A stretch of DNA of 64,000 nucleotides from a bacterium (GTDB lineage Bacteria > Acidobacteriota > Blastocatellia > HR10). Each line of letters starts with the position of its first letter. Position 1 is the first letter of the stretch. The notes beneath the pieces were generated by a model. The model was not told the DNA's origin, searched no databases, and saw only the letters and a list, made by a program, of their open reading frames with translations. Positions 10,261 to 19,540 of the stretch are shown piece by piece. The stretch is from contig JBEPZV010000001.1 in assembly GCA_041640655.1 (NCBI GenBank), positions 154,845-218,844 on the forward strand, given 5' to 3'. Made by a program: the position numbers and the translations under genes.

Positions 10261-11924
10261 CGAACCGAACGGAGAAGATCCTCACGCTCGCCGAAGCCGT
10301 CCGGCAGATCGAGGACGGGAGCACGATCGCCCTCGGCGGTCTCTCCTACTTCAACGCGCCAATGGCGCTGGTGCGCGAATTGATCCGCCAGCGAAAGCGC
10401 GGGCTGACGGTGATCACCTCCGCCGTGACGGGCCTGCAGGCGGATCTGCTCATCGCCGCCGGAGGCGTGCGCCGGCTCATCAGCCCCTACGTGGGCCTGG
10501 AAGAGCTGGGCATGGCGCCGAATTTCCGGCGCGCGGCCGAGCGCGGGGAGATCGAGATCTGCGAGATCGGAGAGGCCTTCCTCGCCTTCGGTCTGAAGGC
10601 GGGAGCAGCCGGCGCGCCCTTCTTCCCCCTCCCTCGCGCGCTCGCCCGCACGGATCTCGTTCGGGTGAATACCGACTATCGCTTCACCCGAGACCCATTC
10701 ACCGGCGAGGAGGTCCTCTGCGTGCCGGCGCTTGTGCCCGATTGGGCGCTGCTGCACGCGCAGCAGAGCGATCCGTTCGGAAACGCGCGCCATCTCGGAT
10801 CGGCTTACATGGACCTGCTGTTGGCGCGCGCCGCGCGCCGCTGTATCGTGAGCTGCGATGAGGTGATCCCTCAAGAGGCCGTGCGCGCGGAGCCGCAGCG
10901 CACGACGCTGCCGGCAGTTCTCGTGGACCACGTCGTCCCGCTCTTCGGGAGCGCGCATCCGACGGCGAGCGAGCCGCTCTACGATGTGGACCGCGAGCAC
11001 CTGCGGCTCTATCTCGAACTCAGCCGGACGCCCGAAGGCGCGGCGCAATATCTCCAGGAATTCGTGCGCTCCTCCGACGAATCGGCGTATCTCCAGAAGG
11101 TGAGGGGGACTGCGCAGGTCTCCGCATCCCGAGTGGAATCGACCGCGTGCGAACCCGAGGAAGCGCCGCCATCGGTCGGAGAACTCTTGGCCATCATCTT
11201 CTCGCGCCTGGTCGAGGATGGGGACGTCGTGGGCGTCGGCACGGGATGTATGGAGGTCGCGGCCGGACTTCGATTGGCGCAGCTCACACACGCTCCCAAC
11301 CTCTCCTTCATCATGGGCGGAACGGGGGCGCTCAATCCGGACGCGGAGGAGTTGCCCCCCTCGGTGAACTCGGCGCGGGCGATCTCCCGAGCCGAAGCCG
11401 TGCTGCGGCTGGAGGATCTGTTCGATCTGGAGCTGAAGGGCGATCTCGATGTGATGTTCCTGAGCGGCTTGCAGATTGATCGGCACGGGAACGTGAACCT
11501 CGTGGGCATTGGTCCGTGGTCGGCACCGCGACGCCGAGGGCCGGGAAGCGTGGGATTGGAGCTGGCTCCCCGCGCGCGACGCCGCGTGGCCTTCTTCCGT
11601 CGGCACACGCGCCAGATCTTCGTCGAACGGGTTGATTTCATCTCGGCCCCGGGTTATGTTCCCCAGGTGATCGAAGGCGGAGCCTACTGGGTCATCACCG
11701 ATCTGGCCGTGATGGATTTCGATGACGAGGGGCGAATGCGGCTGGCCTCCCTCCATCCCGGCGCGACGGTGGAGCAGGTTCGAGAGCGAACGGGCTTTGA
11801 ACTCCTCATCCCGGCCTCGGTGCCGACGACGCCACCGCCGACGCACGAGGAGCTTCACTTGTTACGCACCCAGGTGGACCGCCGAGGGCTCCTGCGGGCG
11901 GGTCCCCGCATGGGGTGTCCGTGA
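10257..11924 (+). CDS. fused CoA-transferase (subunit A-like N-terminal half plus subunit B-like C-terminal half)
   Basis: N-terminal half is paralogous to 1833..2735 and C-terminal half to 2739..3536 (both end ...TGFELLIP...EEL..LR); 555 aa. Confidence 0.7.
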   Translation: MTNRTEKILTLAEAVRQIEDGSTIALGGLSYFNAPMALVRELIRQRKRGLTVITSAVTGLQADLLIAAGGVRRLISPYVGLEELGMAPNFRRAAERGEIEICEIGEAFLAFGLKAGAAGAPFFPLPRALARTDLVRVNTDYRFTRDPFTGEEVLCVPALVPDWALLHAQQSDPFGNARHLGSAYMDLLLARAARRCIVSCDEVIPQEAVRAEPQRTTLPAVLVDHVVPLFGSAHPTASEPLYDVDREHLRLYLELSRTPEGAAQYLQEFVRSSDESAYLQKVRGTAQVSASRVESTACEPEEAPPSVGELLAIIFSRLVEDGDVVGVGTGCMEVAAGLRLAQLTHAPNLSFIMGGTGALNPDAEELPPSVNSARAISRAEAVLRLEDLFDLELKGDLDVMFLSGLQIDRHGNVNLVGIGPWSAPRRRGPGSVGLELAPRARRRVAFFRRHTRQIFVERVDFISAPGYVPQVIEGGAYWVITDLAVMDFDDEGRMRLASLHPGATVEQVRERTGFELLIPASVPTTPPPTHEELHLLRTQVDRRGLLRAGPRMGCP

Positions 11925-11947
11925 CGAACGAGAGAGGACGCTCTCGG

Positions 11948-13351
11948 ATGATCGGGATCACAGGATACGCCGTATATCTGCCGCGCCATCGGATCGAGCG
12001 GGAGAAGATCGCAGCCGCTCATGGGACGAAGCCGATTCTGGGAGGAGAGCGAACGGCCATCGGCTTCGATGAGGATGCGCTGACGCTGGCTCTGGAAGCC
12101 GTGCAGGCTCTGGAGCTCCCCGAATGCCGGGGGATATATTTCGCGTCCACGACGGCGCCCTACCTGGAGCGCATGAACGCGGCGCTTCTGGCCACGGCGT
12201 GCGATCTCCCGGAAGAGGTCGCCGTGGCCGACTTCGCGCATTCGCTGCGAGCGGGGACGGTGGCGCTCGCCGCGGCCCTGGATCGCGTAGCAGTCGGCGG
12301 CCAGGACCCCATCGTGGTGGTGGCCGCCGACGCGCGCGAAGCGCCACCGGAATCACCCGAAGAGCAATGGTTCGGCGATGGCGCGGCGGCCCTGGCCATC
12401 GGGCGGGGAGCAGAGGTCTTGGCCGCAGTGCGAGCGCGGACGAGCGTGACCGATGATTTCCTCGATTTCGTCCGGCGCGATAAGGATGAGCAGATCACGA
12501 GCTTCGCCTCCCGATTCACCCTGGAGGGGTATCGGCGAATCGTCGGTCGAGCCATCACGCAGGTCCTCGAACACAGTGGGGTGAATCCGTCGGAGATCGC
12601 GCGCGTCATCCTGCCACCTCTGGATCCGAAAGCCTCCATTCGCACGGCCATGGAGTTGGGATTTCGGGCCGATCAGGTTCAGGAGACGTTCCTCGACCGC
12701 GTGGGGATGATCGGATGCGCCATGCCGCTCTTCCTCTTGAGCGCGGCCTTGGAGACGGCACGGCCTGGCGATCTGATCCTCCTGGTGGGCTACGGGAGCG
12801 GCGCCGATGCCTTGCTCTTCGAGGTGACACCCGCTCTGGAGCGCTCCCGCAGATGTCCCTCGATCGCGGATCACTTGGAGGGCGGACTCCGATTCCCATC
12901 ATACGAATTGTTCCGGAAAGCCCGGGCCTACTTCCGACGCCACGACGACGGGCCGGTGGTGTCGAACATCTTCTATGAGAAGGAAGAGGTGCGCACGATT
13001 CGGCTCCGAGGGACCGAATGCGGAGAATGCGGGCTGCGACAGTTCCCGCCGACGGCCGTGTGTCAGCGCTGTCGGAGCACAGAGGGATTGCGAGAGGTGA
13101 AGCTCGGGCGGCGCGGAGCCGTGTTCACCTATACCGTGGATTGGCTGGCGACTTCGCCCATGCCGCCGACGATCCTGGCCGTCGTGGATGTGGAGGGGGG
13201 AGGACGGCTCTATCTGCAAATGACCGACGTCGAGCCATCGGCAGTGCGCATCGGCATGCCCGTGCGCGTGACGCTGCGACGGCTCGGAGCCGGTGGCGGT
13301 TTGTACCATTACTACTGGAAGTGCCGACCGGAGGGACGAAGCGATGGGTGA
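11948..13351 (+). CDS. HMG-CoA-synthase-like thiolase-fold protein fused to C-terminal DUF35 (Zn-ribbon/OB-fold) domain
   Basis: N-terminal ~340 aa resemble archaeal-type HMGCS/KAS-III fold (GITGYAVYLP...). C-terminal domain has the Cys4 ribbon CGECG...CQRC followed by an OB-fold-like region, as in DUF35 proteins. Confidence 0.6.
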   Translation: MIGITGYAVYLPRHRIEREKIAAAHGTKPILGGERTAIGFDEDALTLALEAVQALELPECRGIYFASTTAPYLERMNAALLATACDLPEEVAVADFAHSLRAGTVALAAALDRVAVGGQDPIVVVAADAREAPPESPEEQWFGDGAAALAIGRGAEVLAAVRARTSVTDDFLDFVRRDKDEQITSFASRFTLEGYRRIVGRAITQVLEHSGVNPSEIARVILPPLDPKASIRTAMELGFRADQVQETFLDRVGMIGCAMPLFLLSAALETARPGDLILLVGYGSGADALLFEVTPALERSRRCPSIADHLEGGLRFPSYELFRKARAYFRRHDDGPVVSNIFYEKEEVRTIRLRGTECGECGLRQFPPTAVCQRCRSTEGLREVKLGRRGAVFTYTVDWLATSPMPPTILAVVDVEGGGRLYLQMTDVEPSAVRIGMPVRVTLRRLGAGGGLYHYYWKCRPEGRSDG

Positions 13352-14507
13352 GAGCCTCAAGGACAGAGTGGCCATCATCGGGATCGGTTGCACGAAGTTC
13401 GGCGAGCTGCACGAGAAGAGCCTTCAAGACCTGATGGTCGAGGCGAGCTTCGCCGCTTACGCGGACGCGGGGATCGAGCCCGATCGCGTGGAAGCGGCGT
13501 GGCTGGGAACGTTCTCACCGGGTTTCGGGGGAGGGAAGGCGAGCGTCACCCTGGCCGACGCGCTGCGACTCTATGGCAAGCCGATCACCCGCGTGGAGAA
13601 CTACTGCGCCACGGGGACCGATGCCTTCCGAAACGCGTGCCTGGCCGTGGCCGCCGGCGTCTACGAAGTGGCCTTGGTCGTCGGAGCGGAGAAGTTGCGA
13701 GATCGGCCCGTGCGGGGATTGCAACGCGAGGGGACGCATCCGTACTTGGAAGCGGGCTCGACCCCACCGGGACTTTTCGCCCTGGCAGCGAATCGGTATT
13801 TCCATCGCTTCGGCGGGGATCGGCGGACGTTGGCCAAGGTCGCCGTCAAGAATCATCACAACGGAGCCCTCAATCCGAAAGCCCATTTTCAGATGGAGGT
13901 GACCGAGGAGCAGGTCCTCAACGCGCCGCTCATCGCCTATCCGTTCGGTCTGTATGACTGCTGCCCCACGACAGACGGAGCCGCGGCCGTCATCATCTGT
14001 CGGGCCGATCTGGCGCGGCAGTTTCGAGACGATCCGGTCTACGTGAAGGGCATCGGATTGGCCGTGGAGACGGGATGGCCTTTCTTCGATCCCACGTTCG
14101 AGTACATCGGGTTCCCGGCGACGACGGCGGCGGCGGCCGAAGCCTATCGCATGGCGGGAATCCGCCACCCGGCGCGGGAGATCTCCGTGGCCGAAGTGCA
14201 TGATTGTTTCACGTGGACCGAGATCGCCAATTATGAGGACCTGGGCTTCTGTCGGAAGGGCGAGGGGAGGTACTTCATCGAGGAGGGACGGAGCGCGCTC
14301 ACGGGCGATCTGCCCGTGAATCCGAGCGGCGGATTGAAATCGTTCGGCCATCCGATCGGAGCCAGCGGCGTGCGCATGCTCACGGAGATCGTCCTGCAGT
14401 TGCGCGGTCAAGCCGGAGCTCGCCAGGTGAAGAACGCCGAGCTGGGACTCGTGCATAATCTGGGCGGACCCGGCTCGGTCGCCTGCGTCGTCATTCTCGG
14501 ACGGTGA
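13344..14507 (+). CDS. SCP2/nsLTP-type thiolase
   Basis: Thiolase-like (CATGTDAFRNA; active-site Cys region; C-terminal NPSGG.KSFGHPIGASG). Start overlaps upstream stop (ATGGGTGA). Confidence 0.75.
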   Translation: MGESLKDRVAIIGIGCTKFGELHEKSLQDLMVEASFAAYADAGIEPDRVEAAWLGTFSPGFGGGKASVTLADALRLYGKPITRVENYCATGTDAFRNACLAVAAGVYEVALVVGAEKLRDRPVRGLQREGTHPYLEAGSTPPGLFALAANRYFHRFGGDRRTLAKVAVKNHHNGALNPKAHFQMEVTEEQVLNAPLIAYPFGLYDCCPTTDGAAAVIICRADLARQFRDDPVYVKGIGLAVETGWPFFDPTFEYIGFPATTAAAAEAYRMAGIRHPAREISVAEVHDCFTWTEIANYEDLGFCRKGEGRYFIEEGRSALTGDLPVNPSGGLKSFGHPIGASGVRMLTEIVLQLRGQAGARQVKNAELGLVHNLGGPGSVACVVILGR

Positions 14508-14552
14508 ACATCGTTCGGGCAACCCCGCGGGGGATCCCTGAAGGAGTCGAGG

Positions 14553-15404
14553 ATGCGTATCGTCGTCTGCCTGACGCAGATTCTCGATCCGGAGATGCCG
14601 CCGAGTGAATTTCGACTGGATCCGCAACGAAAGGCGGCCGCCGAGGGGATCGGACAGCTCGTCGTCAGCATCTTCGATGAGAACGCGCTCGAGGTGGCGC
14701 TGCAGGTGCGCGAGCGCATAGCCGAGCGCGAGGGAGCACCCCACGCGATCTCTCGATCGCGTGAGGACCCCGGCCCGGTGGAGATCGTCGCGCTCACCGT
14801 CGGTCCTCCTTCGGCCGCCGACGTCCTGCGGAAGGCGCTCAGTCTGCGCGCCGATCGCGCCATTTTGATCTCCAGCGAGGGATGGCCTCCGCTGGAAGGC
14901 GCCATCGTCGCCCGCCTTCTGGCCGCCGCCGTGAGACGGCTCCATCCGGTGGACCTCGTGCTCTGCGGGCGCGAGACGGGAGATTGGCATGGGGGACAGG
15001 TCGGCGCCTTCCTGGCCGAAGCGCTCGGATGGGCGAGCGTGAGCTTCGTCTCCCGCATCGAGGTGGAGGGGGAGACCTTCCTCATGCGACGCCAATCGGA
15101 CGAAGGATGGGAGATCGTGCGCGCGAGACGACCCGCCGTGGCGACGATCACCAACGATGAGACGAACGTCCCGCGCTTGCCGAAGGTCAGAGATACGATG
15201 CTGGCCGCCCGCGCGTCGCTCCCCGTGTGGACGATCCCGGAACTGGTCGAAGATCCGAGAGAGCTGTGGCAGGCGAATGCCCTGCAGGTGCGCGAGTTGT
15301 TCATTCCGAGCAGCTCGAAGGCGTGCGAGGTGATCGAGGGGGAGACGGTTCAGGAGAAAGCCGTTCGGCTTCTCCAGGCGCTGCGCCGACGACGGATTCT
15401 CTGA
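14553..15404 (+). CDS. etfB: electron transfer flavoprotein beta subunit, carrying an in-frame 38-nt palindromic-element insertion
   Basis: EtfB family sequence (MRIVVCLTQILDP...). An extra loop GAPHAISRSREDPGP coincides with the palindromic element at 14734..14771. Confidence 0.85.
   Translation: MRIVVCLTQILDPEMPPSEFRLDPQRKAAAEGIGQLVVSIFDENALEVALQVRERIAEREGAPHAISRSREDPGPVEIVALTVGPPSAADVLRKALSLRADRAILISSEGWPPLEGAIVARLLAAAVRRLHPVDLVLCGRETGDWHGGQVGAFLAEALGWASVSFVSRIEVEGETFLMRRQSDEGWEIVRARRPAVATITNDETNVPRLPKVRDTMLAARASLPVWTIPELVEDPRELWQANALQVRELFIPSSSKACEVIEGETVQEKAVRLLQALRRRRIL
14734..14771 (+). repeat. 38-nt palindromic element copy a (GAGCA-CCCCACGCGATC-TCTC-GATCGCGTGAGG-ACCCC), inside etfB
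   Basis: Matches the consensus GGGCA CCCCACGCGATC TCCG GATCGCGTGGGG ACCCC found in four other copies; 12-bp arms. Confidence 0.8.
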
Positions 15405-15424
15405 GCTGAGAGGAGGACGTCCTC

Positions 15425-16420
15425 ATGCGCACCGTGATGGTTCTCCTGCCGACATCCCGCATCGAGCGGGCCGAGCGCGAGGCCATCGGCGCCGCGCGCG
15501 CGTTGTCGCGGGAATGGTCGGCGAACGTGCAGGTGGCCCTCATCGCCCCAACGGCGGAGGGAATCGAAGGCCTCCGAGGGAGGACGGAGGCCTCTGGAGA
15601 TGTGCGCCTGTGGATCGCCGCCCATCCGCAGCTGGCGGCGTATTCGCCCGAGCTGTATGTGAGCGCCAGCGAACAGCTCATCACACGCGCGCGACCGGAC
15701 GTGATTGTCTTCCCCAGTCGGACGATCCCGCTTGAGATCGCGCCGCGTCTCGCATACCGGATCGGGGCGGCGATGGCGACCGATGTCATCGAGCTGCGCG
15801 CCGAGGATGAGACCGTCCGCATCACGAAGCCCGTCTACGGCGGCAAGGCGCACGCGGTGTTGATGGCGCAACGGTTCCCCCTCGTCCTCTGCGTGCGCCC
15901 GCGCGCGTTCGATCCGTTTGAGGGGGAGCTGCGCGACGATGCGGCGATGCGCGTCCAGGTGACGCTCGATCCCTCGTCCGTCCGCACGCAGCTCGTCCGA
16001 CGGATTCAAGAGGACGCCGCGGCGGGAGTGTCGCTCGAAGAGGCGCGCGTCATCGTCAGCGGCGGGCGCGGCCTCGGCGGACCCGAGGGCTTCCGATTGC
16101 TCGAAGAATTGGCGCGGTGGCTCGGCGGCGCCGTCGGCGCTTCGCGCGCGGCGTGCGACGCCGGGTGGGTGCCGGCCAGCTGGCAAATCGGGCAAACGGG
16201 AAAGAAGGTCGCCCCCGATCTCTATATCGCCGTCGGGATCTCCGGAGCCAGCCAGCACATCGTCGGCATCTCCGGGGCCAAGTGCATCGTCGCCATCAAC
16301 ACGGACCCCAAAGCGCCGATCTTCACAGTGGCGGATCTCGGGATCGTCGGCGATTATCGAGCGGTCGTCCCCGCTCTGATCGCGGAGGTCAAACGGATGC
16401 GTGAGGAAGCAGAGGGATGA
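15425..16420 (+). CDS. etfA: electron transfer flavoprotein alpha subunit
   Basis: EtfA FAD-binding C-terminal motifs ([22 protein letters not shown]). Confidence 0.85.
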   Translation: MRTVMVLLPTSRIERAEREAIGAARALSREWSANVQVALIAPTAEGIEGLRGRTEASGDVRLWIAAHPQLAAYSPELYVSASEQLITRARPDVIVFPSRTIPLEIAPRLAYRIGAAMATDVIELRAEDETVRITKPVYGGKAHAVLMAQRFPLVLCVRPRAFDPFEGELRDDAAMRVQVTLDPSSVRTQLVRRIQEDAAAGVSLEEARVIVSGGRGLGGPEGFRLLEELARWLGGAVGASRAACDAGWVPASWQIGQTGKKVAPDLYIAVGISGASQHIVGISGAKCIVAINTDPKAPIFTVADLGIVGDYRAVVPALIAEVKRMREEAEG

Positions 16421-16458
16421 ACGCTTGAACGCGACGAGACCTTCTGGGAGGACGCGAC

Positions 16459-17256
16459 ATGAGTGAGCCGACGGTGCAGCTTGTCGTGGACGATGGCGTG
16501 GCCACGGTGACGCTCAACCGGCCCGAGGCGTTGAACGCTATTGACGCGACGTTGGCGGCCGAGTTGCGCGAGGTCTTTCGAACGTTGGGAGCGCGAGAGG
16601 ATGTTCGGGCCGTGATCCTGACGGGAGCGGGACGGGCGTTCTCGGCGGGTGCGGATTTGAAGTACCTTCACCGGAGATTGGAGGAGGGCGCTTCGGCCGA
16701 ACAGTTGCTGGACGAGTTGCTCGGGCCGTTGAACGATACAATTCGACTCATTCGGGGCATGCCGAAGATCATCATCGCGGCCATTCACGGGGTCGCCAGC
16801 GGTGGCGGCTGTAACCTCGCGCTGGCGTGCGATTATCGGGTGGCGGCTGTGGGGACGCGGTTCAACCAGGCGTTCGTGCGACTCGGGATCGCTCCGGATT
16901 GCGGAGGGACGTTCATTGTGCCGCGCCTGATCGGCTGGACGAAGGCGTTCGAATGGATGGTGAGTGGAGCGTTGATCGAGGCTGAGGAGGCGGCCGCCTG
17001 GGGACTCGTGCATCGCGTCGTCCCCGAGGATCGCGTGCTCGAAGAGGCGCGCGCCTTCGCGCGCTCCGTGTGCGAAGGGCCGACACGAGCGATCGTGACC
17101 ATCAAACACTTGCTCGCGATGAGCCTCGGAGCCTCCCTGGATGAGCAGCTGGAGCGGGAGCGGCAGCTCGTGGGCTTGCTCGCCGGCACCGAGGATTTCC
17201 GCGAAGGCGTGCGCGCCTTCCTCGAGAAGCGCCCCCCGCGCTTCTCCGGGCGATGA
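16459..17256 (+). CDS. enoyl-CoA hydratase/isomerase (crotonase family)
   Basis: Crotonase motifs (LNRPEALNA, GAGRAFSAGADL, GGGCNLALACD). Confidence 0.85.
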   Translation: MSEPTVQLVVDDGVATVTLNRPEALNAIDATLAAELREVFRTLGAREDVRAVILTGAGRAFSAGADLKYLHRRLEEGASAEQLLDELLGPLNDTIRLIRGMPKIIIAAIHGVASGGGCNLALACDYRVAAVGTRFNQAFVRLGIAPDCGGTFIVPRLIGWTKAFEWMVSGALIEAEEAAAWGLVHRVVPEDRVLEEARAFARSVCEGPTRAIVTIKHLLAMSLGASLDEQLERERQLVGLLAGTEDFREGVRAFLEKRPPRFSGR

Positions 17257-17276
17257 CGCGTCGCCCCGATCCTCCC

Positions 17277-17314
17277 GGGGTCCCCACGCGATCCGGAGAT
17301 CGCGTGGGGTGCCC
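17277..17314 (-). repeat. 38-nt palindromic element copy b (intergenic, reverse orientation)
   Basis: GGGGTCCCCACGCGATCCGGAGATCGCGTGGGGTGCCC is the exact reverse complement of copy d; perfect 12-bp arms with a 4-nt spacer. Confidence 0.85.
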
Positions 17315-17335
17315 GAACTCCCCGAACGGAGGACT

Positions 17336-18292
17336 ATGTCGAGCGCATTCGAATTCGTTCCCCCCGGTCTCGATCTCGCCGATGATGACATCCATCCCAT
17401 CGGTCCGGAACCCTGGTGGCGCGAGGCCTGGTACTTCGAATTCTTCGACCCGGCTTCGCGCGTTCAGTTCCAGGTCTATCAAGGCATCTTCCCGAACGCC
17501 GGTCGAGGGGATCTGACCTGCTACGTGTTCGTGGAGGGACGCCTGCGATACGAGCTGATGAAGATGGACTTCGCGATTCCGTCCGACATCGGGCGGGAGC
17601 GCTTGTGCTTCGGCCCCTTGAAATTAGAGATGCTCGAGCCCTTCGTCCGATGGCGCTTGCGCTACGATAGCCCGAGGATGCAGTGCGATCTCTCCTTCCG
17701 CGCGCTCCATCGCGCCTTCAGTTGGGCGGAGACCCGGCTCTGGATGGAAGACGCTCCGGTCGGGCAGCAGAGCCGCCATTTCGATCAGGTGGGATGGTAC
17801 GAGGGATGGCTGCATCTGGATGACGAGCAGCTCTCCATCTCGGCGATCGGGATGCGCGATCGGATGTGGGGGTGGGGAGGGCGCGCTCTCTGGCGCGGGT
17901 ATCTGGTCCTGTGGGCGCCCTTCTCCGAAGCCTTCGTCGTCAATGTGGCGGCCATGAACTTCGCCGACGGTCGACGCCACCTCTGCGGATATCTCCATCG
18001 CGAGGGCGAACGCACCTATCTCGACTCCGCGCGCCTGACCATCACCTGGAGCGAGCAGCGATGGAAGTCGGTCGAACGTGTGCACGCGCAGCTCACCGAT
18101 CGGCGCGGGCGGTCGCTCGCGCTCTCGGCCCGACCGCTCGGCATCATTGATACATCGCATCATTGGCCGCACCGATTCGATCACCTCCTCTTCTCCATCG
18201 GCGAATATGAGTGCCAGGGGATGACCGGCTACGGATGCCTGACGTGGAGCTTCGTCACGGCGGAGGAGAAGATGCGCGCCATCGAGTTCTGA
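17336..18292 (+). CDS. hypothetical protein, possibly CrtC/AttH-like (lipocalin-like hydratase family)
   Basis: ATG 17336 after GGAGG; Trp-rich N-terminal motif PEPWWREAWYFEFFD resembles the EWWY signature of CrtC/AttH family proteins. Weak by-eye assignment. Confidence 0.35.
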   Translation: MSSAFEFVPPGLDLADDDIHPIGPEPWWREAWYFEFFDPASRVQFQVYQGIFPNAGRGDLTCYVFVEGRLRYELMKMDFAIPSDIGRERLCFGPLKLEMLEPFVRWRLRYDSPRMQCDLSFRALHRAFSWAETRLWMEDAPVGQQSRHFDQVGWYEGWLHLDDEQLSISAIGMRDRMWGWGGRALWRGYLVLWAPFSEAFVVNVAAMNFADGRRHLCGYLHREGERTYLDSARLTITWSEQRWKSVERVHAQLTDRRGRSLALSARPLGIIDTSHHWPHRFDHLLFSIGEYECQGMTGYGCLTWSFVTAEEKMRAIEF

Positions 18293-18316
18293 GAGGCGAA
18301 GCTCGGAGACGTGGCC

Positions 18317-19528
18317 ATGAAGTCGACCGACCTCACCGGGATCCTCCCGCGATCTCTCGATCGCGTGGCGTGCCTGAACGCGCTGCTCCATCGGTTCGGG
18401 GAGAGCGTCCGTCACTTCTTCCGCGCCGAGCAACGCTCGCACCTGTTCTCCCCCCTCTTTCATCTCCCCGGGCGATTGATCGCGGGGAGCTATTGCTACT
18501 ACGAGCACCTGGTGCCCTTGTTGCGACAGGTGGCGCGACAGATGCCGCCGGAAGCCCTCGCGCATCGGGTGAAGCGACTCGGGGCGCGACCCAACGAGAT
18601 CAACGCCAATTCTCTGCTGCTCGGGTATCTGAACGGGCGGGAGCAGCGGCGGCTGCTCGGCCATCGCGTGGCAGATGATCCGGAGGAGATCGCCTTCCTC
18701 CTGGACTTCTGGGCGCGCTTCCTCGCCGCCTATCGCGCCGATGGTCGGCTCTTGCCGGAGGAGAGCGGATTCGTTCTGCCGGTGCTCGAAGCGCGAGCGC
18801 TCGAAGTGCTCCTGCCGGAACTCCATCCGGAACCGGAGCACGCACGACGCCAGCGAGGTCCCCATGTGATCGGGAGATCGCGTGGGGTGCCCGAGCGGAT
18901 GCGTCGCGCCCTGGCCACGCTCGAGCTCTTCGCCTTCGTCTTCAACGGCGAGGCGCGCGTCGGCCTCTTTCACCACGGGCCCTATCCCCGACCCGACGGC
19001 ACGTGCGTGCTCGTCAAGGAGCTGGTGGGGTTGCAGGACGATTTCTATTCCTGGGCGGAGGAGTCCGTGCGACTCCCCGTGGCCCATGTGGCCTGCCTCT
19101 TGCTCGTGAAGGACGTCGAAGTGAGAATCGGTTTATTCGGATCGCTCCGGACGGAGCCCCGGGAGTACGCTCAGAACGTCGTGGCCTGTGGCCTCTTCAC
19201 CGCCACGGGGGAAGACGTTCGTCCTCTCACGCTCGAGGAGCTGGAGGAGATCGCCGCGCACGCGGCTGAGGCGCAGATGCGCCTCTATCGCCACTTCCTC
19301 ACATGGGATGATCGGCGTCGCATCGCCTATGGAGCGGAGCTCTACGGGAACCTGCTGCGCGTCTTCGGCGATCAGGCGGGACTCGGGCCGGATTTCCATC
19401 GGGAGATCCGAGAGCGCTTCCGGGAGAGCACGGACCGACATCTACAAGCCATACTCGCTGGCGAGCCTCCGGCCATCCTGCGGCATATCGCGGAGACGGC
19501 GGGAGAGATCTACAGCCCCCTCGCATGA
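18317..19528 (+). CDS. conserved hypothetical protein (paralog P1), carries an in-frame palindromic-element insertion
   Basis: About 400 aa, tandem paralog of 19541..20770 (shared blocks ATLEL.AF, GLF.HGPY, LYGNLL/LYLFAN). Insertion RGPHVIGRSRGVP maps to element copy c. Confidence 0.5.
   Translation: MKSTDLTGILPRSLDRVACLNALLHRFGESVRHFFRAEQRSHLFSPLFHLPGRLIAGSYCYYEHLVPLLRQVARQMPPEALAHRVKRLGARPNEINANSLLLGYLNGREQRRLLGHRVADDPEEIAFLLDFWARFLAAYRADGRLLPEESGFVLPVLEARALEVLLPELHPEPEHARRQRGPHVIGRSRGVPERMRRALATLELFAFVFNGEARVGLFHHGPYPRPDGTCVLVKELVGLQDDFYSWAEESVRLPVAHVACLLLVKDVEVRIGLFGSLRTEPREYAQNVVACGLFTATGEDVRPLTLEELEEIAAHAAEAQMRLYRHFLTWDDRRRIAYGAELYGNLLRVFGDQAGLGPDFHREIRERFRESTDRHLQAILAGEPPAILRHIAETAGEIYSPLA
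18855..18892 (-). repeat. 38-nt palindromic element copy c (inside P1 coding sequence, slightly degenerate)
   Basis: GAGGTCCCCATGTGATCGGGAGATCGCGTGGGGTGCCC; left arm carries 2 substitutions. Confidence 0.8.
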
Positions 19529-19540
19529 AGACCGGGTCGG

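Noticed and set aside
9873-11858. 661-aa minus-strand ORF antisense to the PaaK-like and fused CoA-transferase genes
   Set aside because: Typical high-GC antisense open frame, Arg/Pro/Ala-rich and low-complexity. It overlaps two well-supported plus-strand genes.
13515-15095. 526-aa minus-strand ORF antisense to the thiolase and etfB genes
   Set aside because: Typical high-GC antisense open frame, Arg/Pro/Ala-rich and low-complexity. It overlaps two well-supported plus-strand genes.
17624-19087. 487-aa minus-strand ORF antisense to the 17336..18292 gene and paralog P1
   Set aside because: Typical high-GC antisense open frame, Arg/Pro/Ala-rich and low-complexity. It overlaps two well-supported plus-strand genes.
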